A stretch of 64,000 nt of DNA from the NCBI RefSeq assembly GCF_023055435.1, contig NW_025964334.1, positions 15,376,001 through 15,440,000 on the forward strand. The letters run 5' to 3'. The translations under genes were made by a program, and so were the position numbers. The notes below the pieces were generated by a model. That model was not told the DNA's origin. It saw nothing but the letters and a program-made list of their open reading frames with translations, and searched no databases. Below, in pieces: positions 1 to 11,763 of the stretch; the stretch's first letter is position 1; each line of letters starts with the position of its first letter. The DNA is from Haliotis rufescens. Taxonomy: Eukaryota.

Positions 1-371
1 ATATCTGCATTAGTTCCTGTGTCCGATGTTGCTTCCATAACAAGCATTAAAGACTTAGGTCTACAGGGGGAGTGAGTCGGCCTCTTGATTGCCCCCCTGG
101 GAGTTTCTACCCAGAGGCTGAATGGCGTTAATCCCTAATTAGGATTTTATTGGCCAGGGGATATGGCTAGTTCCTAATCATCAAGGAAATTTGTTTTTGG
201 GATGACTGTTTATAGAATGTTAAGAATTATGAGATCTTAATTTTAGAAGTTGAGGAACATAATTTGAGTCTTGAGTCATATCTGTGATTATTGTCCGTTA
301 TCTTCCGTATGTCTTGAGTCATATCCAGAATGTTGTGTCATATTTGAAGTAAGGATAATAAAAATAGTGGT

Positions 372-878
372 CTCAAGCATATATATCTGATGTATTGTGA
401 CATTGACTCAAGGATATATATCTGATGTATTGTGACATTGACTCAAGGATATTTCCGTTGTATCGTGACATTGACTCAAGGATAATCTGCTGTATTATGA
501 CATTGACTCAAGGATAATCTGCTGTATTGTGACATTGAATTAAAGATATATATATCTGTTGTATTGTGACATTGACTCAAGGATATATATCTGTTGTATT
601 GTGACATTGACTTAAGGATATATCAGTTGAATTGTGACATTGACTTAAGAATATATATCTGTTGTATTGTGACATTGACTCAAGGATAATCTGTTATATT
701 GTGACATTGACTCAAGGATATATATCTGTTGTATTGTGACATTGACTTAAGGATATATCGGTTGTATTGTGACATTGACTTAAGGATATATATCTGTCGT
801 ATTGTGACATTGACTTAAGGATATATCGCTTGTATTGTGACATTGACTCAAGGATATATATCTGTTGTATAATGACAT
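372..878. repeat. Minisatellite, ~34-38 bp unit (tgtattgtgacattgactcaaggatatatatctgt), ~14 copies
   Basis: Visible tandem repetition; length varies in the (at)n part of the unit. Confidence 0.95.
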
Positions 879-906
879 ATATTCACGGCAGCGGCTGAAG
901 TGACAA

Positions 907-1144
907 CTTGTGAGGGTTCTAAGTAAGAACTAGTCACTACCAACCTATTCTGGTCATAAGAGGTAACTTATTGGATTGGGTTGTCAGGCTCGGTGACAGT
1001 GTTGATGGCATGTCAACATACCCTGACATCATTGATTGTTGTTCATAATATCAATCACTGAATTGTCTGGACCAGATTTTATTATATCCATGCAGCTGTG
1101 ATATATAGCTGGAAAATTGCTGAGTGCTGCATACAACGACAAAC
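907..1144 (+). mobile_element. Diverged copy of family B (SINE-like element without tRNA head)
   Basis: Colinear with the 1264-1531 copy: ggtcataagagg..., gtcaggctc, tcaatcactgaattgtctggaccaga, tatagctggaaaattgctgagtgc, caaac tail. Confidence 0.8.
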
Positions 1145-1175
1145 ACACAGTGAATAATCCCATACATCTTTCTCA

Positions 1176-1586
1176 GGAGCAGTGGGGTAGCCTTGTGGTT
1201 AAAGCATTCGTCGGTTGTGCCAAAGCCCGGTTTCAGTACCGGACATGGGTACAATGTGTGAAGACCCATGGAGATCTGGGGTAGAATAGGTCTTTAGCAA
1301 CCCATGCTTGCCATAAAAGGCAACTATGCTTGTCATAAGAGGCGACTAACAGGATTGGGTGGTCAGGCTTGCTGACTTGGTTGATACCTGTCATCGATCT
1401 CACTTGCGTGGATCGATGCTCATTATGTCAATCACTGGATTGTCTGGCCCGGACTCGATTATTTACAGACCGCCATCATATAGCGGGAATATTGATAAGT
1501 GCGGCGTTAAACAACAAACAAACAAACAAAAGCAATGTGTAAAGCTCATTTTACACTCCTACTGTGATATTGCAATAATATGCTAC
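1176..1586 (+). mobile_element. Diverged family A tRNA-SINE split by a family B insertion
   Basis: Head gggtagccttgtggttaaagc...catgggtacaatgtgtgaag (1176-1263) resumes after the B copy as caatgtgtaaagctcattt...gtgatattgc (1533-1586). Confidence 0.8.
1264..1531 (+). mobile_element. Family B SINE-like element, full length
   Basis: Starts acccatggagatctggggtagaatagg and ends ggcgttaaacaacaaac(aaac)n. TSD caatgtgt(g/a)aag at 1252-1263 and 1533-1544. Confidence 0.92.
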
Positions 1587-3227
1587 ATTTGCTTTCTCAT
1601 ATAAAAAACATTTGCAATATATCAGTGTGTCAAAGCCTTATGACTGATCTATCAGCTTGGAGAAATGTACATCACAATTGCATGTCTATTACAACATACT
1701 GATGACATAACGGCACCCTCCGCCATGAGACACTGTCTTGTCTGCTCTGTGCAGTTTGTTTAAACCCCTCCCAGTATAAATCTGGATCTGACATGGGTGT
1801 ATATTTCCAACATCAACGTCAATCATTAGCCAAATCTTTCTTGTGCGTTTCATATCATGCGTTCTCTTTGATCTTTCTGAAAGTAAATAAAACCAATTTG
1901 CCAACATAATTGCATCCTTTCTCTAAAACTTTGATGTCCTTTCAAGGTGTAGACAATATTTTTATAGATAATCAATGTTTTTGCATATATTTTTGTAATC
2001 AAAGCTTCAAAGTATTTTTAATCAATTCAATTCCAACCAAAGCTGGTTAACCTGACTTAGAAAGTACGGGAACTGCCATGCTTTCCTTCATTGATTCTCA
2101 TTGCCTCTCATATGTGTTCTGGAAATGGGTCTATTTTTAGAATTATTAGAATATTGCATGAGCAAGAGCAATTTCTCAAGGAGGTATGGGACTAATAAAA
2201 AGCAAGATGGCTTGACAATTGATGCTTGATGTTTCCATTCAATTTGTAATATTGTCTGAAATGTTACATGTGTTTCCAATGTACATTTCAAGTTGATGAA
2301 GTTTTTACCATTTAATATTCCTTGTATTACATCATGTCATTTTGAAGTGAAATTGACATTGTTTTTGCCTTATATGGCCAGCCTAATGAAACTAATATAA
2401 AAATCTAATGGATACCTTAAAGGACTGATTAGGGGTTACATTAAAATTGAAAGGAAACAGAATTTTAGAAGTAAAGACATTCTGTGGGATTTCATTGAAT
2501 TTTTAAAGGAAAACAGAATTAAGAAAACGTAATAAGATGGACTTTGATTTGATGAATCACCAAACTCATAATGGAAAGAAAATGTTTATTAAGTTGTGTT
2601 ACTATTTATTTCTTTTCAATAAAATAGAAATATGTAACATCAATGCCATAGAATAATCAGTGTCGAGCACCCTCTAAAACACATTACACCCAGCGTCAGG
2701 GCAAACTAGTGGTGAAAACTTTATGAAAATTTATCAGTGATGACACCAGGTGTTCACAAAAAAGGTAAGCATGTCCTGCTTTACTGATAACTCCGGCCTC
2801 TAATATAATTTTCACGTGAAGAAGTACCATATATCGCTGTGTATAAGGCGACTTTTTCATACCTAGAATTAGGGGGATTTCAGGGGGTATGTGTTTGTTG
2901 TCTGACACACCACAAAAGTACTCCTACCATACCAAGGGAAGTTGAAAATAAACAAGACAATCAGACAATCAAGAAAGTGTTCCTGTTCATGTTCATGTGG
3001 AAAAATAAAAAAATGGTTTATATGAAGATATGTTTAAATTTGCATTGTATTGTTGCATGTACATTTAGCTGTCAATCAAAGCCTTTTCATAGCAATAGAA
3101 GCGACCTTAGACCTTTCCATAATAATAAGAAATATCTTCTAAAACAATCAAATCTGTGCATAACAACACAATCAGTTTAAAAAACAGCTGGTAAAATTCA
3201 GTTTTTCATATACGTCAAAATTGTATT

Positions 3228-3354
3228 TTAGATCAGAGGGTTTTTATCAGATTTATAATCCAAATCCAAGGGATAAAACCGAGGGTCGCAAGCCCCTCTC
3301 ATTAATCCCGATGATGATGGTTTTAAATCTCATACAAAACTGTGTTTTATCTAA
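3228..3354. repeat. Long imperfect palindrome centred on gaggg-tcgcaagc-ccctc; possible non-autonomous Crypton-like DNA element
   Basis: Nested pairings: ttagat/atctaa, agatttataatcc/ggttttaaatct, gggataaa/ttaatccc, gaggg/ccctc. Family assignment is only a recollection of similar central motifs. Confidence 0.55.
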
Positions 3355-5017
3355 CTTAGAAACTGAAAAAAAGGAACTAAAAACAACTTTTATTAACATT
3401 TTTTTGTTTCAAATGCACCTGAGGAAACAGGCATTAAATATCTGTTGCTGGCGTATGGGCACTTGAAAAAAACATTCTTAAAGAATTATTATCAGCTTGT
3501 CTGTAGCCTAGTGGTACACTCACTGGGCTACTGATACAAAGGTTGCATGTTCGAATATAAGGAAAACATTTGGCATTTGGTTTTACATTTCATTACATTG
3601 TGTTCTGATGCAAAATAAATTTCTAGCAAACATTCAATCATATGTTACAATATAAACAGAAGTTGTATAATAAAATCCCTGCAATATGATATAAACTTCC
3701 CGGGATATTATATAAAACGCCTGGGATATTATATAAATTCCCGGGGATGTTATAACATCCCTGTTTATGAGATTTAACCCGACTGGAGAACAATAGGATG
3801 ACGTCATTGGAGGTTGGTAAGTTCGTCTAGACTTCTGGTACCTCTGGTTTGCCAACATCAGCAACAGGTGTCCACCACACCAAGCTGAACTGATGATGCT
3901 AACCTGGTGAACGCTGAACAACCTTATCTCAAGCCTTATCTGCAAACAACCACCAGTTAGCAGAGTCATTCAGCTGGAAATGGGATTCAAGATTTTATCT
4001 TGCTTTGAATTGGCTTGTCATATTTGAAATTAATTTGAAATTGATCACACAGGGTATACCAGATGGTGGTCTGCCGATCTGATGCACGGAACAATGAAAT
4101 AGGCTCCGAACAGACATTATGTAGGATTTTGTGAAAAATAGATCAGAAATGATAAATCCTCAGTGATCATTGTCTGCTAACATAATACTTTTCGAATCAT
4201 ATGAAGATCTGTCCAAAAGGGACTGAGACAATATTATTATGAACTGGTTCCAGGATATTATGAAGATGAAATCAATCATTAGTTGCGGTCATAGATTTCT
4301 CAGATGTCAGCTAAATTATGACTAATTGTCACTCAATCAGATGAAAAGATATTATTGCCATAATCTGTTAACAAGCATGGCATATCCTTTTATTACACAA
4401 GATGAACCGCGGCCATAATGCACGAACAAGGGAAACGTTATTCCATCGAAAGAGATGATGACACAGGGGAAATATGGATATTTTAAATCACTCTTTTGAT
4501 TATCACAACAAAGACAGGCTGTCAAAACAGTAAGTCAATTCTTGGCGTTTCACTCCATCAAATCAAAGAGCTTCCAACAAAGGGAGGTAATTAGCTTCGT
4601 CTGACAATGACCAGTAATGGCTAGGTAGGACCATAACTGGAGGAACTTGGTCAATAACTGACCACAACCCACGCCAGCTGACCGCTAAGTATAGCATTCC
4701 CTACTCCTGTAATAGCTAAGTGCACCAGAAGGTATATCTTCGTAAACTGTCGGTTTAATGTCAATATGACTATTAAGGGACTTTGGAACTAGTCTAGCCA
4801 TTTTAATTAAGGGGTGTATTTTTGTCCCAAAATGAAGTTAATTTTAGTCTCGTTTCCTTTAATCGGATGCACATGATATGTGTCTTGTTGCTTTGCAGAC
4901 TGAGAGCAAATGGTTTCTGAAAGATTCGAAGTATATATTACCTCTCTGATTTGTATACATGTGTACAAGGTCCGCGCTTTTTCTTGTCAACATCCGTATA
5001 TGTTTACGAGGACAAGT

Positions 5018-5365
5018 GGACTGCCTCCGTGGTCTAGTGGTAGAGCGTCCACCCAGAGAGCAGAAGGTCGGCAATTGATTCCCGGCTGCGTCATGCTAAA
5101 AGAGGTTTAAAAATGGTACTTGTTGTTACCCTGTCTGGCGTTCGGCATTAACTGGTTAAAACAAGGACTGGCCAGCTCGGAGTCAGCATACTGTGTCTGA
5201 GTGGGGTATTCATGTTAAACTGCGGCATGGTATCTCAGTGGGCTGGCATTATAAAATTGGCATTAGTCCAGACTAGTACAATTTAAGCAGCCACACACAC
5301 ATGTGCATGCATGTCACTCTTTAAGTGCAATAATCTTGGACATGATGTTAAACCCCATTTCACCT
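5018..5365 (+). mobile_element. Family C tRNA-SINE with Meta/MESC-like central domain
   Basis: A box gtggtctagtggtagagc and degenerate B box, then gtcatgctaaaagaggtttaaaaatggtacttgttg...ggcgttcggcattaa (Meta-domain-like) and a (cctca)n tail. Homologous to 11492-11763 and 57134-57580. Confidence 0.85.
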
Positions 5366-6016
5366 CACCTCACCTCACCCCACCCCACCTCACCCCACCC
5401 CACCTCACCTTTAGCACTGAATCTGTACCTTCATGTCCAGATATTTGTGACAGAGACTGTCAGACACGACAGACACCATATTATCTCACCTCACCTCACC
5501 TCACCTCACCTCACCTCACCTCACCTCACCTCACCTCACCTCACCTCGTCTCACCTCACCCCACCTTTAGCACTGAATCTGTACCTTCATGTTCAGAGAT
5601 TTGTGACAGAGACTGTCAGACATGACAGACACCATATTATCTCACCTCACCTCACCTCACCCCACCCCACCCAACCCCACCCCACCTCACCTCACCTCAC
5701 CTCACCCCACCCCACCCCACCCCACCCCACCTCGTCTCACCTCACCCCACCTTTAGCACTGAATCTGTACCTTCATGTTCAGAGATTTGTGACAGAGACT
5801 GTCAGACATGACAGACACCATATTATCTCACCTCACCTCACCTCACCCCACCCCACCCCACCCCACCTCACCCCACCCCACCCCACGCCACCCCACCTCA
5901 ACTCACCTCACCTCACCTCGTCTCACCTCACCCCACCTTTAGCACTGAATCTGTACCTTCATGTTCAGAGATTTGTGACAAAGACTGTCAGACATGACAG
6001 ACACCATATTATCTCA
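5360..6016. repeat. Four-copy composite tandem repeat: (cctca/cccca)n tract plus a ~78-bp unique block
   Basis: ctttagcactgaatctgtacc...caccatattatctca recurs near 5409, 5565, 5751 and 5937, separated by pentamer tracts. Confidence 0.95.
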
Positions 6017-6596
6017 TTTTACCTTGACAATGGCTAAGAAGCCATAGATAGAAACATCCACTATGGCTTTCCTAATCATTTGACCATTCACTGACTGACC
6101 GATCATCACGTGAAGCACGATGGACATCACTCTCTGTAGAAATGTAAAGGTCATTCGTCAGATTTGTTGTCAGAGATGACTAGTTTCCCTGCCGTATTCA
6201 TTTCCGTCAAATTGGACACTGATATGATGTGTGTACATTTCAGAAACTGACATGAAAGGTCATTCAATTGATTGATTCCTATATGTAGAGAAATATGGCA
6301 AGGTGTTTGCCCTGCAAAGTAATATCAACATCACTCTTCCATTCTGAAGCCTTGCAGTAGCTTTGGTCCAGAGATACAAAGGCTGGGAGACTGTGGCAGT
6401 GTAATGTTGCGGCGTCTGTGAAGAAATTGTCATCAGACAAAGGTTTCAGTCCGTTCATCTTCTGGGAACTGACTGATTGACATCTAAAATGTCCTATGAT
6501 TTTTGTCGCGATTTGTTCATGGTGTCAAGAAAGTTATGTCAAGAAAAATATACAAAATGTCCATATGCCATTTGTCTACAAACTGGCTCTATCGAG

Positions 6597-6873
6597 GATG
6601 TGACACTTTACAAACTGGCACTCTCAAGGATGTGACACCACAAACTGGCACTGTCAAGGATGTGACTCTACAAACTGGTACTCTCAAGGATATGACTTTA
6701 AAAACTGGTACTCTCAAGGATGTGACTCTAAAAGCTGGCACTCTCAAGGATGTGACTCTACAAACTGGTACTCTCAAGGATGTGACTCTCCAAACTGGCA
6801 CTCTCAAGGATGTGACTCTACAAACTGGCACTCTCAAGGATTTGACTCTCCAAACTGGTACTCTCAAGGATGA
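6597..6873. repeat. Minisatellite, 30-bp unit (ggatgtgactctacaaactggcactctcaa), ~9 copies
   Basis: Direct repetition; accounts for the 10-aa-repeat ORFs on both strands. Confidence 0.95.
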
Positions 6874-7027
6874 ACAGCTAGCTTTACCTTTTAAACCTGA
6901 TCTGAAATACTTTTAGTCAAGAAGTTTGACATAGTTTGACGTAAACATGCGTATCGCGATACATATCATGTCGTGACCTATGTATCATGATGCGTATCAT
7001 ATGATGACCTGTATCATGTCATCCCTT

Positions 7028-7090
7028 GTGTTCCCCCTGGTGATATTGCTGAAATATTGCTGAAAGCAACACAAAACTCCCTCACGCACC
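7028..7090 (+). mobile_element. 3' fragment of family A SINE
   Basis: gtgttccccctggtgatattgctgaaatattgctgaaagc matches the family A 3' end. Confidence 0.65.
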
Positions 7091-7999
7091 CTATTTCTAA
7101 GCTGTTGCTGTGTCAATGAGTCAGCCTCCTAGATGACACCCCTCCTTCTTTGGTAGGAGATAAATCTCCCAGGAAGTACTCTCTGTAGACAATGGCTTCA
7201 TGCGTGCTGAAAAACAAATGTGTGTAATACAAATTTATTGGAACATTTCCATCTAAAGAGATGTAAATAGTCCCCCAATCACATAAATTGGACTCACATA
7301 ATATGCATGTGCATTGTTGTGGCTTTGAAACTTATTTCATGTACGTTTGCAATAGACGAGACATTCACAAGGGAAACCTCCAGCCCACTCTCTAGAGCAG
7401 ATGAAATGTACGAGAATAGTGAAACGTCAATCAACTGTCTGATATATGTGCCAGTGTGCATGAAACACTCTCAAGAGATTTGATCAGCAGCAAATGTCAC
7501 AACGCTTACTACTTAACTGGCCATACGGTCTTGCTATGACCATCAGAGGCATACTAGAAGTCGTAAAGAACATACTGAAATTTTAGAGAAAAACTTTTAC
7601 AGATAGAAGAAAGTGTTTTTTGCCATTTCAAATAAAAACTGCATTCTAAGCGATTGTTTATTGTCATGTTGATACAGGAGATCTTAGAGAAAGTTCAGAA
7701 TGTCTCCTGGAGGCGTCTTTAGTATCGTTTTCAGATTGAAATATTTTTAAATAATGTCAAGGGTTGTGTGACGATCATAGCTTTGGCAAGAACAGCAGAG
7801 TTGCAGAGCCCTGGCGTTGTGTGGTGGATCTGTTCATCTCATATAGCCAAGCAAATTAAGAAAAGATTATATTAAAAATTAGGCATCAGATTTAGATGAT
7901 GGAATTGTGTGTGGATGATAAGGGATTCCTCGGGAATCAAGATTCTTGTCAGTCCTTGGTTTCAAATTGAAGTGTCCTTTTTACAGATTCAGGATTAGG

Positions 8000-8133
8000 A
8001 ATAATAATAAGCCCATTTATAATGTGCCAGTTTCCCTTCACCAAGTGGATGCTCAGAGCGCTACACTATTATTACCCCGGTCAATGGATCAGTGAGCACT
8101 CGATTTTCATTCTCAGCTTCCTGGGGATCATAC
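8000..8133 (-). mobile_element. 3' part of family D SINE (L2-like tail ending in (att)n)
   Basis: Reverse complement of 33167-33325 (shared ctgatccattgaccgg, gctgagaatgaaa). The gcgc..tgagc...ataaat...(att)n end resembles L2-dependent SINE tails. Confidence 0.75.
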
Positions 8134-8241
8134 AAATAGTATGAGAATGAAGATCTACTGTACTTGTTGCTCTTTACAGTGTTGGAATTGTGTGTGATTT
8201 AATGTGCAGTAATGTCATGATCCATAGGATCATCTTCAGTA

Positions 8242-8550
8242 AACCCGTGAAGATCCGGGGTAGAATAGGTCTTCAGCAACCTATGCTTGCCGTGAAAATC
8301 CGAGGTAGAATAGGTCTTCAGCAACCCATGCTTGCCGTAAAAGGGGACTATACTTGTTGTAAGAGGCAACTACAGGGATCGGGTGGTCAGGCTAGTTTGG
8401 TTGATGCAAGTCATCGTATCCCAATTGCATGGATCGATGCTCATGATATCAATCACTGGATTGTCTGGTCCAGACTCGATTATTTACAGACTGCCGTCAT
8501 ATAGCTGGAATATTGCTTAGTGAGACGTTAAACAACAAACAATCAGTCAG
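8242..8550 (+). mobile_element. Family B element with tandemly duplicated 5' domain
   Basis: Perfect 12-bp TSD tcatcttcagta (8230-8241, 8551-8562). The ccgtgaa.atcc...caacc.atgcttg block occurs twice. Confidence 0.93.
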
Positions 8551-9210
8551 TCATCTTCAGTATGTCATGCTCAGTAATGTCATGCTTATAAACATCAACA
8601 GTATTGTCATGCAGTGACATGGAATGTGGTTGCGCTGTCATGTTCAGTAATCTCATGCTCTATAATGACATGTTCTGTGATGTTCAGTGCATCGACATGA
8701 ATTTTGTTTGTGTCCGCATTATTAAATCTCAGTTTGGCCATGTTCCTAAAGAGTCGTGTGGGATGTCATGTTCACTGCAATGACGCTGGCTAATCAGGTT
8801 AGTCAATTAACATCAGAGTGGCTATGATTTAAGACATGAAATAGAGGATATAATTTGTCAAAATATGTCTGGAGTTTTAGATGGGATGTTCTGAAGAGAA
8901 CAAGGTGATTATGGTAATTATTATTGAAAGTGTAAATACCAACATCAAAGCACGTTAGTCGTCAACACATGTGAAATGGACGTGCTGTCAGTCACGACAA
9001 TCACTCGATGACAGGTGGTTTACAAATCAATATCTGTGTTTGTACAAGACTTTACTACTTCCAACAGAAATAATGCACAATGACAAATAAAAAATTAGGA
9101 ATGTCAAAAAATGTAAAGTTTGATTTCCCATGTCAAACTTCAACAAACAATGTCCTCTTTGATGTTGATAAGGCAACAATCTCAATAATTATTCATAGAG
9201 GCATGATTGA

Positions 9211-9480
9211 CAGGGTGTGTTAGTTCGTCTAAGGCCACGCAAATCTCTATGCAGAGTTGCGTCCCTTCGGCACACTCGAAATCTATGATTCTAGGTTCGA
9301 ATCCCAGTTCGCCCTGATTATGTTTCTGGGTTTGTCGGCACCATACCCATGCTTGTTGGTTTCACCAAAGTGGTAAACGTCCAAGACCTACATCACTTCA
9401 GGCTTTCATCCCACATCAAGCTGACACGCCGCGATATAACGGGAATACTGTTCAAAGCGGTATTAAACCGAACTCACTCA
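9211..9480 (+). mobile_element. Family E tRNA-SINE (V-domain-like body, (actc)n tail)
   Basis: gtctaagg (end of A box), ggttcgaatccc B box, 3' end cgccgcgatataac...aactcactca. Reverse complement of 13551-13830. Confidence 0.85.
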
Positions 9481-10479
9481 GGGTTAGCCAGAGATCAGAA
9501 ATTCATGATCAACAAAGTATCATTTCAGTACCATGGGTCCCTGGGTTGTGTTGCCATGACAACCACATTTATATACACAAAATTGTAATTATATACAGGA
9601 TATGAACATGCATGATCAATTTCCATATATTGGTGTTAGGGTTTTGATTAAATTCATAGTATCACCAGAGGGAGCGGGATTCATCGAAGGAGTTGTGAGG
9701 TATTCAGCTATATCGACATTATGCACACTGAATGATCATGTCCATGTCATTATCCAACAGTGTGGATTATATTTGTCACAAGAAATATTATAAACACACA
9801 AACAGAACTACTCTACCGCAGAATATCAGTCAAGCAAGGTTGCTAAATATAAGCTTGGTTTAGGCGACTGCACAACTCGGTGACACACATATTGAGCATC
9901 CTAATGACTGTAATTGAAAGAAATCCTGCTCGGAAATCTACATCATGTGAACAACAATGTGCTGAGCCATCTTGTAATTGCTTTAGCCTTTTGATTGTAG
10001 TGTAAACTTTCGGAGCAAATTGAGCTACGACGTTGTGCTTAGTTACAGTCGTGATTCAATCAATTGTAGAGATTCAAGTAATTCAAAGGTTTCAATACAT
10101 TTGTAAGTTGGGAGGGATGGAACGAGTATTGAGAGGAATGTGCATTTCATGGATGAAATAGACATGAAATTGACGTCATAAATTATGGTTGATTAAAGAA
10201 AGAATGCAGTTGTGAGTTGATATGAACACTGATGGGTTATGCTGATTCGTGGGTCAGTCGGTGGGAGATTTATGATCAGAAAACCCATCCTAGATCCTCT
10301 AGTGTGAATAGATTTAAACTGATATTGCTATATAATTCTTATGATTTGAAACATTTAGTCCATGGATTTGAATTATGTCCCGAATAAATGTCTTCTTATT
10401 GTTTACGCTGTGAAAATCATTATGGTATCAATACCATGGAGATCTTAGACTACTTAGAAAATTAGGTTTAACATGGTAT

Positions 10480-10990
10480 ACAGAAGAGATTGTAGACTTA
10501 GTAACCATGGAATACTATGGTAGAAAAATTGAGCTTCAACAGTTTAGCATGGTGTACCAATGTAGATTAATATGGTGAAAAGCTAAGCTACCACAGCTTA
10601 GCATGGTATTCCATGGTAGACTAACATGGTGAAAAATTGGCTACCACAGCTTAGCATGGTATTCCATGGTAGACTAACATGGTGAAAAATTGGCTACCAC
10701 AGCTTAGCATGGTATTCCATGGTAGACTAACATGGTGAAAAATTGGCTACCACAGCTTAGCATGGTATTCCATGGTAGACTAACATGGTGAAAAATTGGC
10801 TACCACAGCTTAGCATGGTATTCCATGGTAGACTAACATGGTGAAAAATTGGCTACCACAGCTTAGCATGGTATTCCATGGTAGACTAACATGGTGAAAA
10901 ATTGGCTACCACAGCTTAGCATGGTATTCCATGGTAGACTAACATGGTGAAGAAATAGGCTACCACGGCTTAGCATGGAATACCATTGTG
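10480..10990. repeat. Minisatellite, 53-bp unit (gctaccacagcttagcatggtattccatggtagactaacatggtgaaaaattg)
   Basis: About 7 near-identical central copies with diverged edge copies. Confidence 0.95.
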
Positions 10991-11090
10991 CCCATTTCAC
11001 TGGGGTGGTTAAAGAGGGGACTTGGTCGACTCACCTTCATGTGAAATAGACATAAGATTAATAAGGATAGATATATGGACACCTTTTTTA

Positions 11091-11294
11091 TAACATATAT
11101 GGATGAACAACTTCTTTATTACAATAGGGCGTGATGTTTCGGTGTAGGTTCTTTCACCATTATCAAGCAATTGACGTACAGAGTACACTGCTTCCTACCT
11201 GTATGCTGTATCACTTGCTTGATAACGGTGTAAGAATCTACACCAAAACATCACTCCCTATTGTAATAAAGAAGTTGTTCATCCATATATGTTA
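11091..11294. mobile_element. Inverted repeat (~84-bp arms, ~36-bp spacer) derived from a Penelope-like element terminal repeat
   Basis: 11091-11174 is the reverse complement of 11211-11294. Each arm has a variant minimal hammerhead core followed by AATAAA. Confidence 0.75.
11219..11252 (+). ncRNA. Degenerate minimal hammerhead ribozyme motif (UUGAUAA variant core); mirror copy on - strand at about 11133-11166
   Basis: ttgataa c ggtgta-agaatc-tacacc aaaac atc. The - strand copy reads ttgataa t ggtg..cacc gaaac atc, with GAAA intact. Confidence 0.6.
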
Positions 11295-11491
11295 ACCTTA
11301 CCTAGTACTCCAACTTCTAAATGCCTCTCAAAGAAGTAAGACGTAAGATGTTTATACCTGTATCATACTCAAGTGATGCCAAAGATTTATTAAGTGTAAT
11401 GTTTGAGGCAAATATCATCTTGGGACAGAGTCTTATGCTGTGTTAACAAAATCTCAGCCATTTAGTGACATATCTGTTTTGGGTGTGGTCA

Positions 11492-11763
11492 GAGGTGAGG
11501 TGAGGTGAAATGGGGTTTAATGTTGTGTTCATGATAATCACACTTATATAGCAATGTGTGTGTGGCTGCCATGCCTCAGTTTAACATAGATACCCCACTT
11601 AGACACTGTATACTGACTCTGAGCCGACCAGTCCATAATTTAACCCCTCAATGCTGAGTGCGAGACAGGGTTACAACAAGTACCATCTTTTAACGTCTTT
11701 TTGTATGACATAGACTGGATTAAAATTCTGAACCGAAACTCTACCCACTAGACCACGGTGGTC
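11492..11763 (-). mobile_element. Family C (Meta/MESC-like) tRNA-SINE
   Basis: Reverse complement of 5018-5365: (gaggt)n tail, caacaagtaccat, ctacccactagaccacgg head. Confidence 0.85.

Noticed and set aside
5303-6037. 244-aa ORF
   Set aside because: Translation of a SINE tail pentamer repeat plus a tandem duplication.
6503-6916. ORF with 10-aa repeats resembling a pentapeptide or beta-helix protein
   Set aside because: A 30-bp minisatellite open on both strands, with no splice or domain support.
9662-9675. CTCF-like motif caccagagggagcg
   Set aside because: A single degenerate match is not distinguishable from chance.
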